A DNA stretch of 64,000 nucleotides from the human T2T-CHM13v2.0 reference genome, Homo sapiens, in NCBI RefSeq assembly GCF_009914755.1, contig NC_060939.1; one strand, 5' to 3'. A program made the position numbers and the translations under genes. Positions 30,951-44,522 of this stretch are shown here, piece by piece. The notes below the pieces were generated by a model, which did no database searches, was not told the DNA's origin, and saw only the letters and a program-made list of their open reading frames with translations. Each line of letters begins with the position of its first letter. Position 1 is the first letter of the stretch.

Positions 30951-31273
30951 CTGAAACTTAAAAAAAAAAAACAAGGAAAAAAGATGAAAAAAATGACATA
31001 CATAGGTGAAAAACACATAGATATATGTATAAGCAACAAACACGGCTAATTCACATATAAATTAAATATCACATTGTCATAAAGTGTACCGAGTTAAAAA
31101 ATTATCATTCAACTCATGATATCAAGCTTTAAAAGCAAAAATACAATTAACTGATCTGAGAAAACATACCCCCCCAAGAAAAGAAACACAACAACACAGA
31201 ATTGAACATAAGAAGAGAGATTAAATGCAAAAAATCCTGAATACAACATAAATATACAATGAAAAATAAGCCC

Positions 31274-31571
31274 TTTTTTTTTTTTTTTTTTGAGACAGAG
31301 TCTCACCCTGTCGCCCAGGCTGTAGTGCAGTGGTGCCATCTCAGCTCACTGCAAGCTCCGCCCACTGGGTTCACACCATTCTCCTGCCTCAGCCTCTCGA
31401 GTAGCTGGGAATACAGGCACCCACCACTATGCCCGGCTAATTTTTTCTATATTTAGTAGAGACGGGGTTTCACCGTGGTAGCCAGGATGGTCTTGATCTC
31501 CTGACCTCGTGATCCACCCACCTTGGCCTCCCAAAGTGCTGGAATTACAGGCGTGAGCCACCATGCCGGGC
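31274..31571 (-). mobile_element. AluY
   Basis: Diagnostic tgcaagctccgcc and gttcacaccattctcc; TSD tgaaaaataa(g/c)cc. Confidence 0.9.
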
Positions 31572-32139
31572 TGAAAAATAACCCTTTAGATATCTACAGC
31601 TTTAAACTGTGTGCAGTCATGAAAAGCAGACATTGGAAGTCATTGGCATTTAATAAATTGCAGAAAAATTATACAGTAAATACATTACAATCATTAATAA
31701 TAGGCTCTAATGAGAAGAATTTAATAAATAATCATTAAAAAGACAGCAGAATTTTATCTGTTCTCAATATGTTGCTGCTCTTCTTATCAAATACTATAAT
31801 AAAACTATATGACTATAATATAGCTTTCAGGAGCTAAAAAAAGCCTTATATTTTCAAATAAAAGAACAATATAAATTTTGCAAAATACAATGAGCATTAC
31901 TGAAGTATAAAGTAAATATTTGGAATTAAAATATATGGTCATTTAGATACAGACTAAAAAAGAATAGAAATCTTAATGATTCCTTTCTGCCTACAGTGAG
32001 CTTAAAATTACAACCAAAAATTTTAACAAATATGTAGCACCTACAAGAAATTTTATTAACAGCTTACATAATGTGTAAATTTGAGCAATTTATTTTAGAA
32101 CTTTTGAATCTGAAAATCACCTGCTTGACATTCATTTGA

Positions 32140-32600
32140 GAAAGTGAAACATAAAGGAGAGTAACATAAGCAAGACGACAGAATGTGAGGTTCTGCATCC
32201 ACATCCCCCACGACATAATGCAGCTGCCACAGCAAACATAAGTGCATTCATGAAAGCCTTGGAATCCAGTTCAGAGTTTGTGGCACCCAGCTGGAGGCAA
32301 AGACCAAGGAAGACATTTTCAGAGGGTGAGCACTTGACCAAGTGGCAAGCTTGCCAATCATGGTCCCGGCTTCAAAACAGAATACTGCCACATCTTACTG
32401 TAGACTTGGCTATAACTCATTTGACCTTGGTCCTGCCACTGCAACAATCTGTGAAAAACACAAGAGAATTCATACTCACCTGAGACTTAGGTGACAGGCC
32501 TGCAGAACTTGGTTCTCTCTATAGTCACTGAGTCAGGCAAAACACACCTTCTTTCCTTCTCCAGCCATGGTCTGGAAGAAATCTTCACATTGATATGATG
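32140..32600 (+). mobile_element. Probable ancient L1M 5'UTR fragment carrying antisense splice sites
   Basis: aagtgcattcatgaaagccttggaatccagttcagagtttgtggcaccc resembles L1M 5' ends; followed by L1-like AT-rich sequence. Confidence 0.45.
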
Positions 32601-32821
32601 AAATGCTAACTAACAATATGAAAAATACTAAAGTATAAATGTCACTAAAATGGTAAATACATACTGAATTTCAGAATACTATAAATTGTTATCATCTTAA
32701 ACTAGACTATTAAAATACAAGATGTTTTACCTAAGTCTCATGATAACCACTAGGAAAAAAAAACTGCAGTAAAGAAAAAGAGAAAGTAATTAAAGCATAC
32801 ACAAACAACAAAAATTACACA

Positions 32822-33040
32822 TTGGATATGGTGTCTCCTGCTTATAATTCCAACACTTTGGGAGGCCAAGGTGGAAGGATGAAATCTCCTTGGGTGTTGC
32901 GGTACGTGTCTGTAGTCCAAGCTACTTGGGTGGCTAAGGTGGGAGGATTATTTGAGCCCAGGAGGTTGAAGCTACAGTGAGCTGTGATATGCCACTGCAC
33001 TTCAGTCTGAGCAAGAAAGCATAACTTTGTCTCAACAAAA
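32822..33040 (+). mobile_element. Internally deleted AluJ
   Basis: ccaacactttgggaggccaagg...gagcccaggaggttgaagctacagtgagc. Confidence 0.75.
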
Positions 33041-33182
33041 ATGAACAATACCACAGGAAAGACAGAACCAGAAAAAAAAGAAGCAAACTTAAAATGGACA
33101 GAAAACTACAAATTTACAATAGTAACTCCTTACCTATCACTACCTTACAAATAAAAAGATTAAAGTATCTACTAAACAGATA

Positions 33183-33552
33183 CTGCTGTACACTGAATGT
33201 CATCTCCAAAATTTAGGATAAAATTTAATAGCCAACATGTTAGAATTAAGAGGTGGAACCTTTAAAAATTAATTAAGCTCTAAGAACTCTGCCCTCATGA
33301 ATGGATTAATGTTCTTATTATGGGAATGGGCTAATTATAACAAGAATGGATCTGTTATATATTAAAAAAAAAAGCTCTCTCTCCCTCACATCTTTGTCTA
33401 TGTTATTATCCAGCAACTAGACCTTCAACATATACCAGTATCATGTTGTTTTGGCTTCCCAGCCTCCAGAATCATAAGTCAAATAAAATTCTATTCTTTA
33501 TTAATTACCAGTGTGTGATATTCAGTTATAGCAGCCAAAAGAGACTAAAGCA
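33183..33552 (+). mobile_element. MST/MLT1A-type MaLR LTR
   Basis: ctctgccctcatgaatggattaatg...cttcccagcctccagaatcataagtcaaataaaattct...gactaaagca. Confidence 0.75.
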
Positions 33553-34117
33553 GACAGAGTGGATAAATTAATCTTTTAAACCTCATAATATGCTGCTTAC
33601 AAGAGACTCAATTATGAATTAAGAGCATAGGCTAAAAGTGAAAGGATAGAAAATGATATTCCATGCAAACAATAACCAAAGGAGTGCAACGGTAATGCTT
33701 AAATTAGACAAAATAGACTTTCTAGCAATGTCTCTCACAAGCATGAAATGAGTTTACCATACAATAATAATAGAGGTTAATTTCTCAAGAGAATATAGCT
33801 TTATATATTTATGCACCCAAAAGGGAGGCTTCTAAATATAAAAAGCAAATATTGCCAGAACTGTAGGGAGAAGTAGAAAGAAACCAAATAATAGAAAACT
33901 TTAATGAAATGTATAATAAAGGACATATAGTTAACAGCATTGTAAATTGGCAAGGGAAAGCTGGTCTCATGTGTTGCATTTGAGAATGCAGCAAAGAAAG
34001 TGGGAACTGATAATTTTACTGCAAGCCTGAGTTAGGATGAAAAACAGGGTGGTCGATTAGAGGTTCCACTTGCCATACATTAAAAAAACACAGGAGAAAA
34101 CCAGTCCTCCTCTGGAG

Positions 34118-34531
34118 TGTTAAAATAATTAAAGAGCAGAAAATTAGTCTAAAGTGGCTCTAGTGCCCTGTGTTCATAGGTAAAAAGCAAAAAACAAACA
34201 AAAAAAAATCTAAAACCTAACTCAAATATATTTCCTATAAAACACTATCTTAGCCTGAAGCAAAATGCAGGTTTAACCCATGACAAACATGCAATTAACC
34301 TCTGAATATGTAACCAGGACATTTCCATCTGGATAGTTCAAATAAGGCTACCATATAACTGGAACCAATTCTTGAATTTGGGTTGCTTTCTCATGCATCT
34401 TATAAAAGCCTTTCCTTTATGCCCCTCTGGTGGACCAGAAATCATGGCTGGGTGCTTTCCATTTCACCAATCACTCTTTGTTCAGATAAACTGATGAACC
34501 TTTTAACATAGACTCCCGTTAATTTTTAACA
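34118..34531 (+). mobile_element. MER93-type LTR in intron 1 of the KRAB-ZNF-like unit
   Basis: tgttaaaataatt...gtggctctagtgccctg...caaataaggctac...ttttaaca. Confidence 0.75.
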
Positions 34532-35180
34532 AGAGAGACTGGGGACCCCACGGGCCGCAGCTCCTCCCACGCAAACACCCAGTCGCGGTTTTTCCCTGAT
34601 GACCCACCAGGCCTCCCTGAACAATCTGGGAAATACTCATGGCTGTGGGCGCAGAGCAGGGCGCTGCCCAGGGACAGGACCGGATGAGCCGGACGGGACG
34701 TGGGGCCCTCGCTGCTGGCCCAGCGGCCATCTTGCAGCCACAGGGGACTGAGGGCCAAGCTGCGGGAGACTCGGAGCTAACCGTGGGGAGGCCGGTCCTG
34801 CCGGTTTCACAGCCTGCTCTCCCCTCTCGGGATGGCGAACCCCGTATACTCACCATTTCCCAGCTTCCAGGATGTCCTGGCACCTTAACTATGCGTCCCC
34901 AAGGACCTACAGATCGCAGGGCAACAGGGGCTGTGAGAGAGTAGCCCAGGGCTCCCAAGGTGCAGGAGGCGAAAGCGGAGACGGATCCCAAGTTCCTGTG
35001 CCAGCGCCAGCGAGAGACACAGATCCCGCCAAACGCCGGAAGCCACGCCCTCCTCTCCTGTCCTCTCCAACTGCGCGCCTGATTGGGCGGTTCCCACATC
35101 AGTGTCAATGACTGGATAAAACTCCAGGACGCACCCACCCGAGCCTGACTCCTGCCCTTACCCCCACTCCCCCTCAGACT
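34532..35180 (-). promoter_or_regulatory. CpG-island promoter and exon 1 of ZNF91-subfamily KRAB zinc-finger type (exon ends ATG|gtgagt at 34854)
   Basis: Minus strand: ccgcccaatcag (GC/CCAAT); cttccggcgtttggcggga (ETS+E2F); gtgccaggacatcctggaagctgggaaATG|gtgagt = (V)PGHPGSWEM, compare ZNF91-family MPGPPGSLEM; intronic YY1 motif caagatggccgc; CpG-rich. Confidence 0.85.
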
Positions 35181-35184
35181 TAGT

Positions 35185-37128
<1,944 letters not shown>

Positions 37129-37982
37129 GGCAAACAGGCTCCTATATTTGGGGTCACGTGCCCAGAGTATCACAGCTAATTCAGACGTGAGCTGAGACTT
37201 GAAATGCACGTGCTCTTTCCCTTACCTGGGTCTGTTGTATAATGCATCTTAGCAGCTATGTAACAGTAGGAATTAGAATATTTAGACATCTTTTTAGCAA
37301 CTTTTTAACCTGCATTTTTGTAACGTGGTAAAGACCTTCATCCCATCCCTGAGCCCCTCTCTCACAACACTGCACCCCACTGCTGACCACACTGTTGTGT
37401 GACCATTAGGAATCAGGTGGGCAGCGGGGGCTGGAAATAAATAAGAAAGGATTATGTTTCCCAAATTTGCTCACCTTAGAAAGTCTCCTCAACCATTCTG
37501 TGTGAGGTGATTTTTCCAAGGTAATTGTGCCCTGACTGCGCTGGATGTCAGTGTGTCTTGTCTTTTTGAAAATCACTGGATTACTCTCATGAACGGAGTA
37601 TTTCTCTTTCTATTTGAAAATGGTCAACTGTCCTCTGCAGGTGTCCTGACTTGCTAGTTTAGACCCTGAAGGTAGCGGTGAGAAAATATTTGGGCCACAT
37701 CAGAATACCTATTCTCAGCTGGAGGATATATAGAAATTTCTTAATAATATCTAACCATTTTCTCAATAACCATTATATTTAACATTGATAGCTTGGAAGG
37801 CAGGGAAGGACACAGATGGCACAATCTTCAAAGTTTAATTTAGTTATCAGGTTTTTTTTTTGTTCTTGCTTAGTTTTGCTTAGTTTTTGGATACAAGGTC
37901 TTGCTCTGGTGCCCAGGCTGGAGGGCAGTGGCATAATGATAACTCATAATTTGGTTGTAACGGTTCTTTAAAATATATTTTT

Positions 37983-38245
37983 GCCGAGAGTGCTAGCTCA
38001 TACCTGTAATCTAAACACTTTGGGTGGCCAAGGTGGGATGATCGCTTGATCCCAGGAGTTCAAGACGAGTCTGAGCAACATAAGTAGACTCAGTCTCTAG
38101 AAAAATATTTAAAAATTGTCTGGGTGTAGCTTTGCATGCCTGTAGTCCCAGCTACTTGAGAGGCTGATTTGAAAGCATCACTGGAGCCTAAGAATTTGAA
38201 GATGCAGTGACCCATGATTCAGCCACTGCATTGACAGAGTGAGAT
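37983..38245 (+). mobile_element. Diverged AluJ
   Basis: Alu dimer lacking ccagcctggg near its 3' end. Confidence 0.8.
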
Positions 38246-39679
38246 ATGTGTGTGTCTCTGTGTGTGTGTATAAAGAATTTGTATGTGAAAAAAATTCAAG
38301 CACAGGAGAAAAGTGAAAGCCCATGGTGGGGGATGTGGAGAAAGGTCAGTGTGGCTCCAGCACCTCAGTGCGACTTGGTTTTCCATCTTGAAGAATTGCC
38401 CATCCACACTGAAACCATAGCCTAACATATGCCATTTCTCACACTACACCTGCTGGGATACAAGTATGTAGCCTTTTGAAAAAAATAAAATCTTTCACCT
38501 AAGAGAAGGACAAGAGAAAATGAGGGTTTCACATCTAAAGCCTTCATTTTCTTTATGAATCAACAGCCACTTGTCATTTGAATTGTCCAGAGGCGACTGA
38601 CAGCACTAATACACTTAATGAATCAACCAGGAAAAATGGGCCTCTCAGGTGAGGAGGAGGCACAATGGTCACAAAACCCAATCCGTTCTCAGCTTTGCAT
38701 GGTGCTCGCATCTCAAGAAGTGGTGTTAGCCATGTGAACCGTGTTCACTGGACAAGGCCAGAGGAAAGAATATTTAGTACAACACAACTATGGGGCTGCA
38801 AATCAAACTGGTAGTGAGAGCATGCATGAGGCTTCAGTGGCCGAGACACTGGTGGCTACCCTTCGGTGTCACTTAAACCTTTGAGGTGAAGGACATCTTT
38901 TTTCCCAACTGGCTCAGAGAAACCAATCAACATTAAAATTGAGATTTGTTTTTCTTTTCAAAATTTCTAAGACATAGAGGAGTCTCTAACACTCCAAAAG
39001 AGATTCAGCTATACATGCAGCTGAGGACCTGCCTGCTCTGTAGAGGGATGGCAGAGCAGCAGCCACCAGCTTTAGTAGCTTTAAGCTCCTCCTCTCATAG
39101 GGACAGGCCACCCCCACACAACCCCCCTAACTTCATAGGCTCTAGCTGTCAGGTGCACCTGGGGGACTGTCTTCCTCCCATCTCATTAGCTCTCGAAGAC
39201 AGTCCAGCTCAATCTAAAACCTACCTTAGGATGGCGAGATGTAGGCTCTCCTCCATTCTCCCAGTGTAGTGTGACTTCTAGAGAGTGCTTCTCCATCCTC
39301 TTACCTCAGATGATGTGAAAAGAGCCGTTTCCCGGGCAGTTAGATGTTCAGTGACATAACAGGCCCAGCATGCGCAGGGCCTGGCCCCACAGCCTGGCAC
39401 CTCTCCCCTACCTGGCCTTCACGCTGGACTTTTCTCTTCTGCCACAAATATCAGGTGATGATCACCTCTGCCACACTCTCATGAGCTTGGTAAGTAGCAG
39501 GGGTGTAAACCTCAACAGATTTCCTGTGACTCTACCCTCTTACCTCCCACTCAAGTGACATTATAAGCATAATTTTATATTTGATCTAATTTATGCATAA
39601 CCTTTTTATAACATTTCTGACAACAGCCCTCACAACCACATGAGTCTGGGTTACAGAACACACGGGCGAGGCTCGGGTA

Positions 39680-42600
39680 GCAGGTTTCACTTACTTTATT
39701 CCAATGTGAAATGAAGATTGATGATTTAAAAACAAGACAAAGTTGTTTATCAGCTGTGGGGTGGCTACACTTGCTAGCTCATGCTCACTTCCTTTGAAAC
39801 AAGGTATCTGGACAGACCATATTCATAAGTAGGTCTTCGCAAAACCCCAGACAGAAGTTCCAGTCAGACACAGCTCCCTCAGGCTCACAGGGTGGCAACC
39901 GCCTCCATGTTAGGCTCTGACAGCAGGCAAGGAAAGGAGCACAGGCAGCAGGGGACAGGGAGGGTCCGGGACTGTAGGGATCCCCAAATGCCCCAGAGCT
40001 ATTCTCTGTAGAAGGGCACACGCAGGTCTCACTGTGTCAGTGCAGTGGCTGAATCATGGGTCACTGCAGCCTCAATCTCTTAGGCTCCAGTGATGCTTTC
40101 ACCTCAGCCTCTCAAGTAGCTGTATGGCAAAAAGCCTCCTACTTTTTACTTAAAACCTGGACTTTAAGCCAGGTTGGGCCTGGGAATAGTGGCAGCAAAA
40201 GCAGCAGCCAAATGTATACACTCCAGATGTCTACACTCATGGGCACAGGCATATTCCACACTTGCTGGAGCACGAGAGGCCTGAGAGGCACCTGTTTCCC
40301 AGCTACTAACTGATGTCCACACACCCCATTCACGTGTCTTCATTTAGGTCTCTGCATCGTATATTTGCTCAGCCAGTGCAAACACATCTTCTGGGGGGCA
40401 ACATTAATTGCAGCACCTGCCCCACTTGTTCTGGGAGGGAGTCAAGAGGAATCTGGTCAGCTCCTAATCCCCCAGGACAAAGGTGATGCCCTCTTTTCAG
40501 GACTTACATCCAGCAGCGTCATCTCGGGATGGGTTTTTCAAACACAAGCAGCATGAGGTAGCAAGCATGGTGTGACAGGCTCAGGGCCATGGGCAGCCGG
40601 TTGCTGGAGAAGCAGCACAGGGCAGGCACATCTGTGGGTGGCACCATGACAAGCCAAGACAGCCACAGCCCCTAATCCCAACAGCTCCAGCCCAGATGGC
40701 ATTCAAATCTTCCCGGATAGTATTGGGGTGCCCGATGCCCATCACTCGCCCTCTAATTAGCACGGCCTTGTTGGTTACTCAGGGACTAAGGAGAGGGGGT
40801 GGGGGATGTAGATCCAGGGTGGGCACTGCCTCACAGCCAGAGTCCACCTGACTGCAGGCCAGCAAGCAAGCCCAAGAAGCTCAGCTCTAGTCACATCTGG
40901 CTGTACTTTATGTGTATACATTACACAAAGGTAGCAAACAGAGGTCAACAATAGCTGTTGTGACATGAAAGTCTATGCCCCATTAAGACCTTAAAATGCT
41001 ATTGTCTTAAGCTATCTTTATTCTAATAAAATTTATACAAATAAACACATACAAGCTGAACTACTATAAAGGAAATATTAGGATTTTTTAAACCCATAAA
41101 CAGACATGAAAACAGTCACTGTTTGATTGCAGAGAAAGTGAGCTTCTAAAGCAGCTGACCACAAAACAGCCTCACCAAACCCCAGGCAGGCCAGGCAGTC
41201 TGAACACTACAAGGCCACGTGATGGTCACAGAGGATGACAGCTCCTGTGAGTATTGCAAGGCACTGTGTTAGCTTCTCACTCACAGTCTCAGAATACCCT
41301 GTGAGGGGAGGCCCCATCTCACTAGAGCACAGGAGATTCCTGAGCTCTTCCCAAAAAATGGTCATCAAACGATGGAGCAGAGGGAAGCCCAGACAGAACA
41401 AGTGAGTCCCTAGGGTCTCCTTAACCTCCCTCAGCTCCTCCACATGGGTCCCTGAGGGAAAGTGAGCAGCCTCCTAACCCCCTTGATAGGGTTCCAGTCC
41501 TGCAGGTCGGACTCTCTCATTTTATGCTACCATAGGGTGTGACAATGCAACCCCAGGCCCCTTATTTGCCATCCCTCAATGCCAGGCCAGACCCAGAGTC
41601 CTTTGCTAACACAGCCCAGGGGATGCTCAAGGCCCACCTCGGCACAGTCACCTGTAGTGTACTGAGATGAGCAAGGAGGTGCAAGTAGACACAAATCCCC
41701 ATGGGCTTGGCCTCAGGCATGTTCCACAGGCTCAGGGCCTCCCTGATGAGCTCACAGCCCTCCTTCAGGAATCCTGCAGATCACACCCTCAGGGAGCAGT
41801 GCTCAGATGAGCAGGCAGGCTCCACATCCCCCACCCCATGACGCTCTGTTCCACTTTGCAGGCTTCTGCATTGGCCAGTCCCCACTGCTTTCTGGTGAGA
41901 TGTCTGAGTTGAAGTGAATGTTGAAGGCCACAGAGCTGATGGAGCTCACTGCCTTGCACATGTTGTAAATCACCTCCTGGCTTCAAGGGTCAGCTGTGGA
42001 CACACAGCTTGATGGGAGTAGGCCCACTCCACCATCAGTAGTGCTGGGTTGCCCTGATCTGCACCTTCCAGGTCCTTTCTGAGATGTCTGCATGCTTCTC
42101 TAAGGGACTGGGTCACGAGACACCCCTGGCAAGAGTCAGCTGGCAGAACAGGCTGGACACTCTCCCTCAGCCTCCCCAGCAGCCCCGCCTGTGCTGTCAT
42201 CTGTGCTGATGATCTCCGTGGTAAGATTATGGGAAATTTTTTAAAGCATCTTTTCCCCGTTCATTTCCCTATCTTAATAACAGCACTGATAACTTTTAAG
42301 CCCTAGCAAGCTGAAACTGCAAGACACATGATCTTCTGCCTTAGAAGGGCCATGTTTGGGCAGTGTGTGCCCAGGTGAGAGCCCCATGGTTGTTAGTGGA
42401 AGCGGGGAGCTGGATGGGCCCGGCCCCATAGCCTAGTGAAAAGTGGGACCCTCTCCTTCCAGAGCATGGAAGTCTCAGAGGCTGGAAAAAGGTGCCTGAG
42501 TGGCCTGCCAAGAAGCAGAAGGCTAGAAGGCCTGGAAAGAACCCCAACAGCCTTCAAGCTGCCTGAGAGGGCTGGGCTCATTCCAGCTTTCTTTGCTTTC

Positions 42601-44310
42601 ATCCTGTTAGCAAGAAAACCTGCTCACAGATGGCAGGCGGGCCTGAGGCTGCCATTCCCTCATCAGGGGCTATAGGCACCTTTAATGTGGCTCTTTCTTG
42701 AAGCAGCTGCTCAGGCCGGTTCTCGAAGAGCAGTTCCCTTATTATCCACAGGTCCTTGTTCCAGCCCCGTGTCTGCAGAGGGACTAGGGAGGGAGACAAG
42801 GGCTCAGCCTGTGCCCCACAACCTGCTTTGAGACATCTCTTTTGTTACTTCCTCACAGACAGCCTGAAACTTCCAAATGAACAGACCAGAATGGAGCCTC
42901 CAGGAAAGTGTACAGAATTCTGTCTAGTACCCAGAAGGAAGGGGGTTCCCAGTGAAGGCAGGGCCAGGCTGCATGCACCTCTTCAAAAATATTCTCCTCA
43001 TAGTCCACCCTCAAGGTGTACATCCTCTGTGTGCTTGCAGTCCATGGCAGCCTCTGCCTTGGGAACCATCCAGCTGCACACCTGCAATATGGTGGTGACC
43101 CTCTTGAATGGATGGTTCTGGGCCCCATTGCAGGCAGCAGATAGGGAGATGCTCAGCCCATCAAGCCCAGAGCCCTGCCACAGGCTTCTGTGAGGCCTCC
43201 ACCTGCTCTGGGTTCTTGCCCTGAGAGGCTGCCCTGAAGTCAAACACAAGCAGGTGGGACTCTCTTCCACAGCTGCTCTCTCTCCCACTGACAGCTCCCT
43301 AGAGGGTAACTCAGACAGAGAAGATAGAATTCTCAGGCAGAAGGACAGGAGTTTCGGCTGCCGATTCATTCCATACCCCCACATGACATGACACAAGGCA
43401 GGGGCTGTGGGACAAAGGCATTGCCTTTCCTTCTGGCATGAGGAATGCCTTAGGAAGCAGGTCTGGTGGGGCTAGGGTTGAGCGATAGGCTTCAGGCCAC
43501 AAGGAGTGGACGGACACTGAGCAAGTATCCTGCTTATCTGTCCACAGATCCAGAACAAGTGGCATCCCAGGAGCCTGGGAGGGGCTGGCAGAGACTTACT
43601 GTGTCCAGCAAAAGCCCCATGTGGATGCGGTAATGCTGCCTGCTGGTCCTTGGCTGTAATTACAAACAGGTACATGAGGTCCCCATGGATCTTGCAGCTC
43701 TCAGGGAGTGGGTTCCAGCTGCTCATGGTAGGCACTTTTAGTCACTGAACGTGCTTCAGGAATGGCCAAGCTTGATTAAGCCAGGCGTCTTGCTGTGAGA
43801 CCCTCCACCCAACTGAGGACCCTCTTCCTTGTCCCCCCTGACAGTTTACCTTCCAGTTCTGGTTCTGGAGACACGATGGCCCTTCTTGGGCCCCTGGGAG
43901 AATGTGCTCAGATGACACACAGTCGACAGGGCCCATTTCCAAGCCATTCTTCCATTTCCCACTGTTTGAGGGGCTGAGGCCGGTGATCAGCACAGGGCCA
44001 CCCAGGGCCAGCTGTCTGCACCTAAACGTCATGTTGGTCTGGATGTCTCAGAGCCAGAACTCTCCAGGTAAGATGGCCTGGTCCTCAGCACCTGGCCTCC
44101 ATGCTCCTTTTTCCTCTGTTCAATCCTGGCCCCAATGCCTCCCGCAACTCTCAGGTCACCATTGGAGAAGATGCTCAGGAAGAACAAGGAGCTGCAGTCA
44201 ACCCTGCTGAAGGTGGCATATGGGTCCAGGCTCTTGAGCTGGTCTTTGACATGGTACATGTGGATGCAGGCTTTGAGCAGTGTGAGTAGCTCTTTCCGGA
44301 AGGAGGGGAA
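39680..44310 (-). pseudogene. CLUH: Unprocessed (duplicated) CLUH pseudogene with retained introns and large internal deletions
   Basis: Exon peptides: ACIHMYHVKDQLKSLDPYATFSRVDCSSLFFLSIFSNGDL; SGKWKNGLEMGPVDCVSSEHILPG; TMSSWNPLPESCKIHGDLMYLFVITAKDQQ; NHPFKRVTTILQVCSWMVPKAEAAMDC; TRGWNKDLWIIRELLFENRPEQLLQERATLK (93-nt exon 42680-42772, AG/GT flanked); EVIYNMCKAVSSISSVAFNIHFNSDI; GFLKEGCELIREAL; RVMGIGHPNTIRE. AATAAA at 39695-39700 (-). Confidence 0.93.
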
Positions 44311-44460
44311 AACGGTGTTACCAGGGTCCTACACCCTAGAACGACCCATCTAGCACAGAAAACAGTTTGCAACGTGCTATCATGTGTGATTTTAATTTTG
44401 GGCTTTAGGCTTTCATTTCCAAATTCCACAATAAACACATAAGGTGGGGTTCTGATTTCA

Positions 44461-44522
44461 ACACACACACACACACACACACACACAAGCACACACACAC
44501 ATTCTCTCTCTCTCCCTCTCTC
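44461..44522. repeat. (CA)n(TC)n microsatellite
   Basis: Seen directly in the sequence. Confidence 0.95.

Noticed and set aside
34503-35138. 211-aa minus-strand ORF over the CpG island
   Set aside because: Stop-poor GC-rich sequence that reads through the promoter and splice donor; only the PGHPGSWEM exon-1 end is meaningful.
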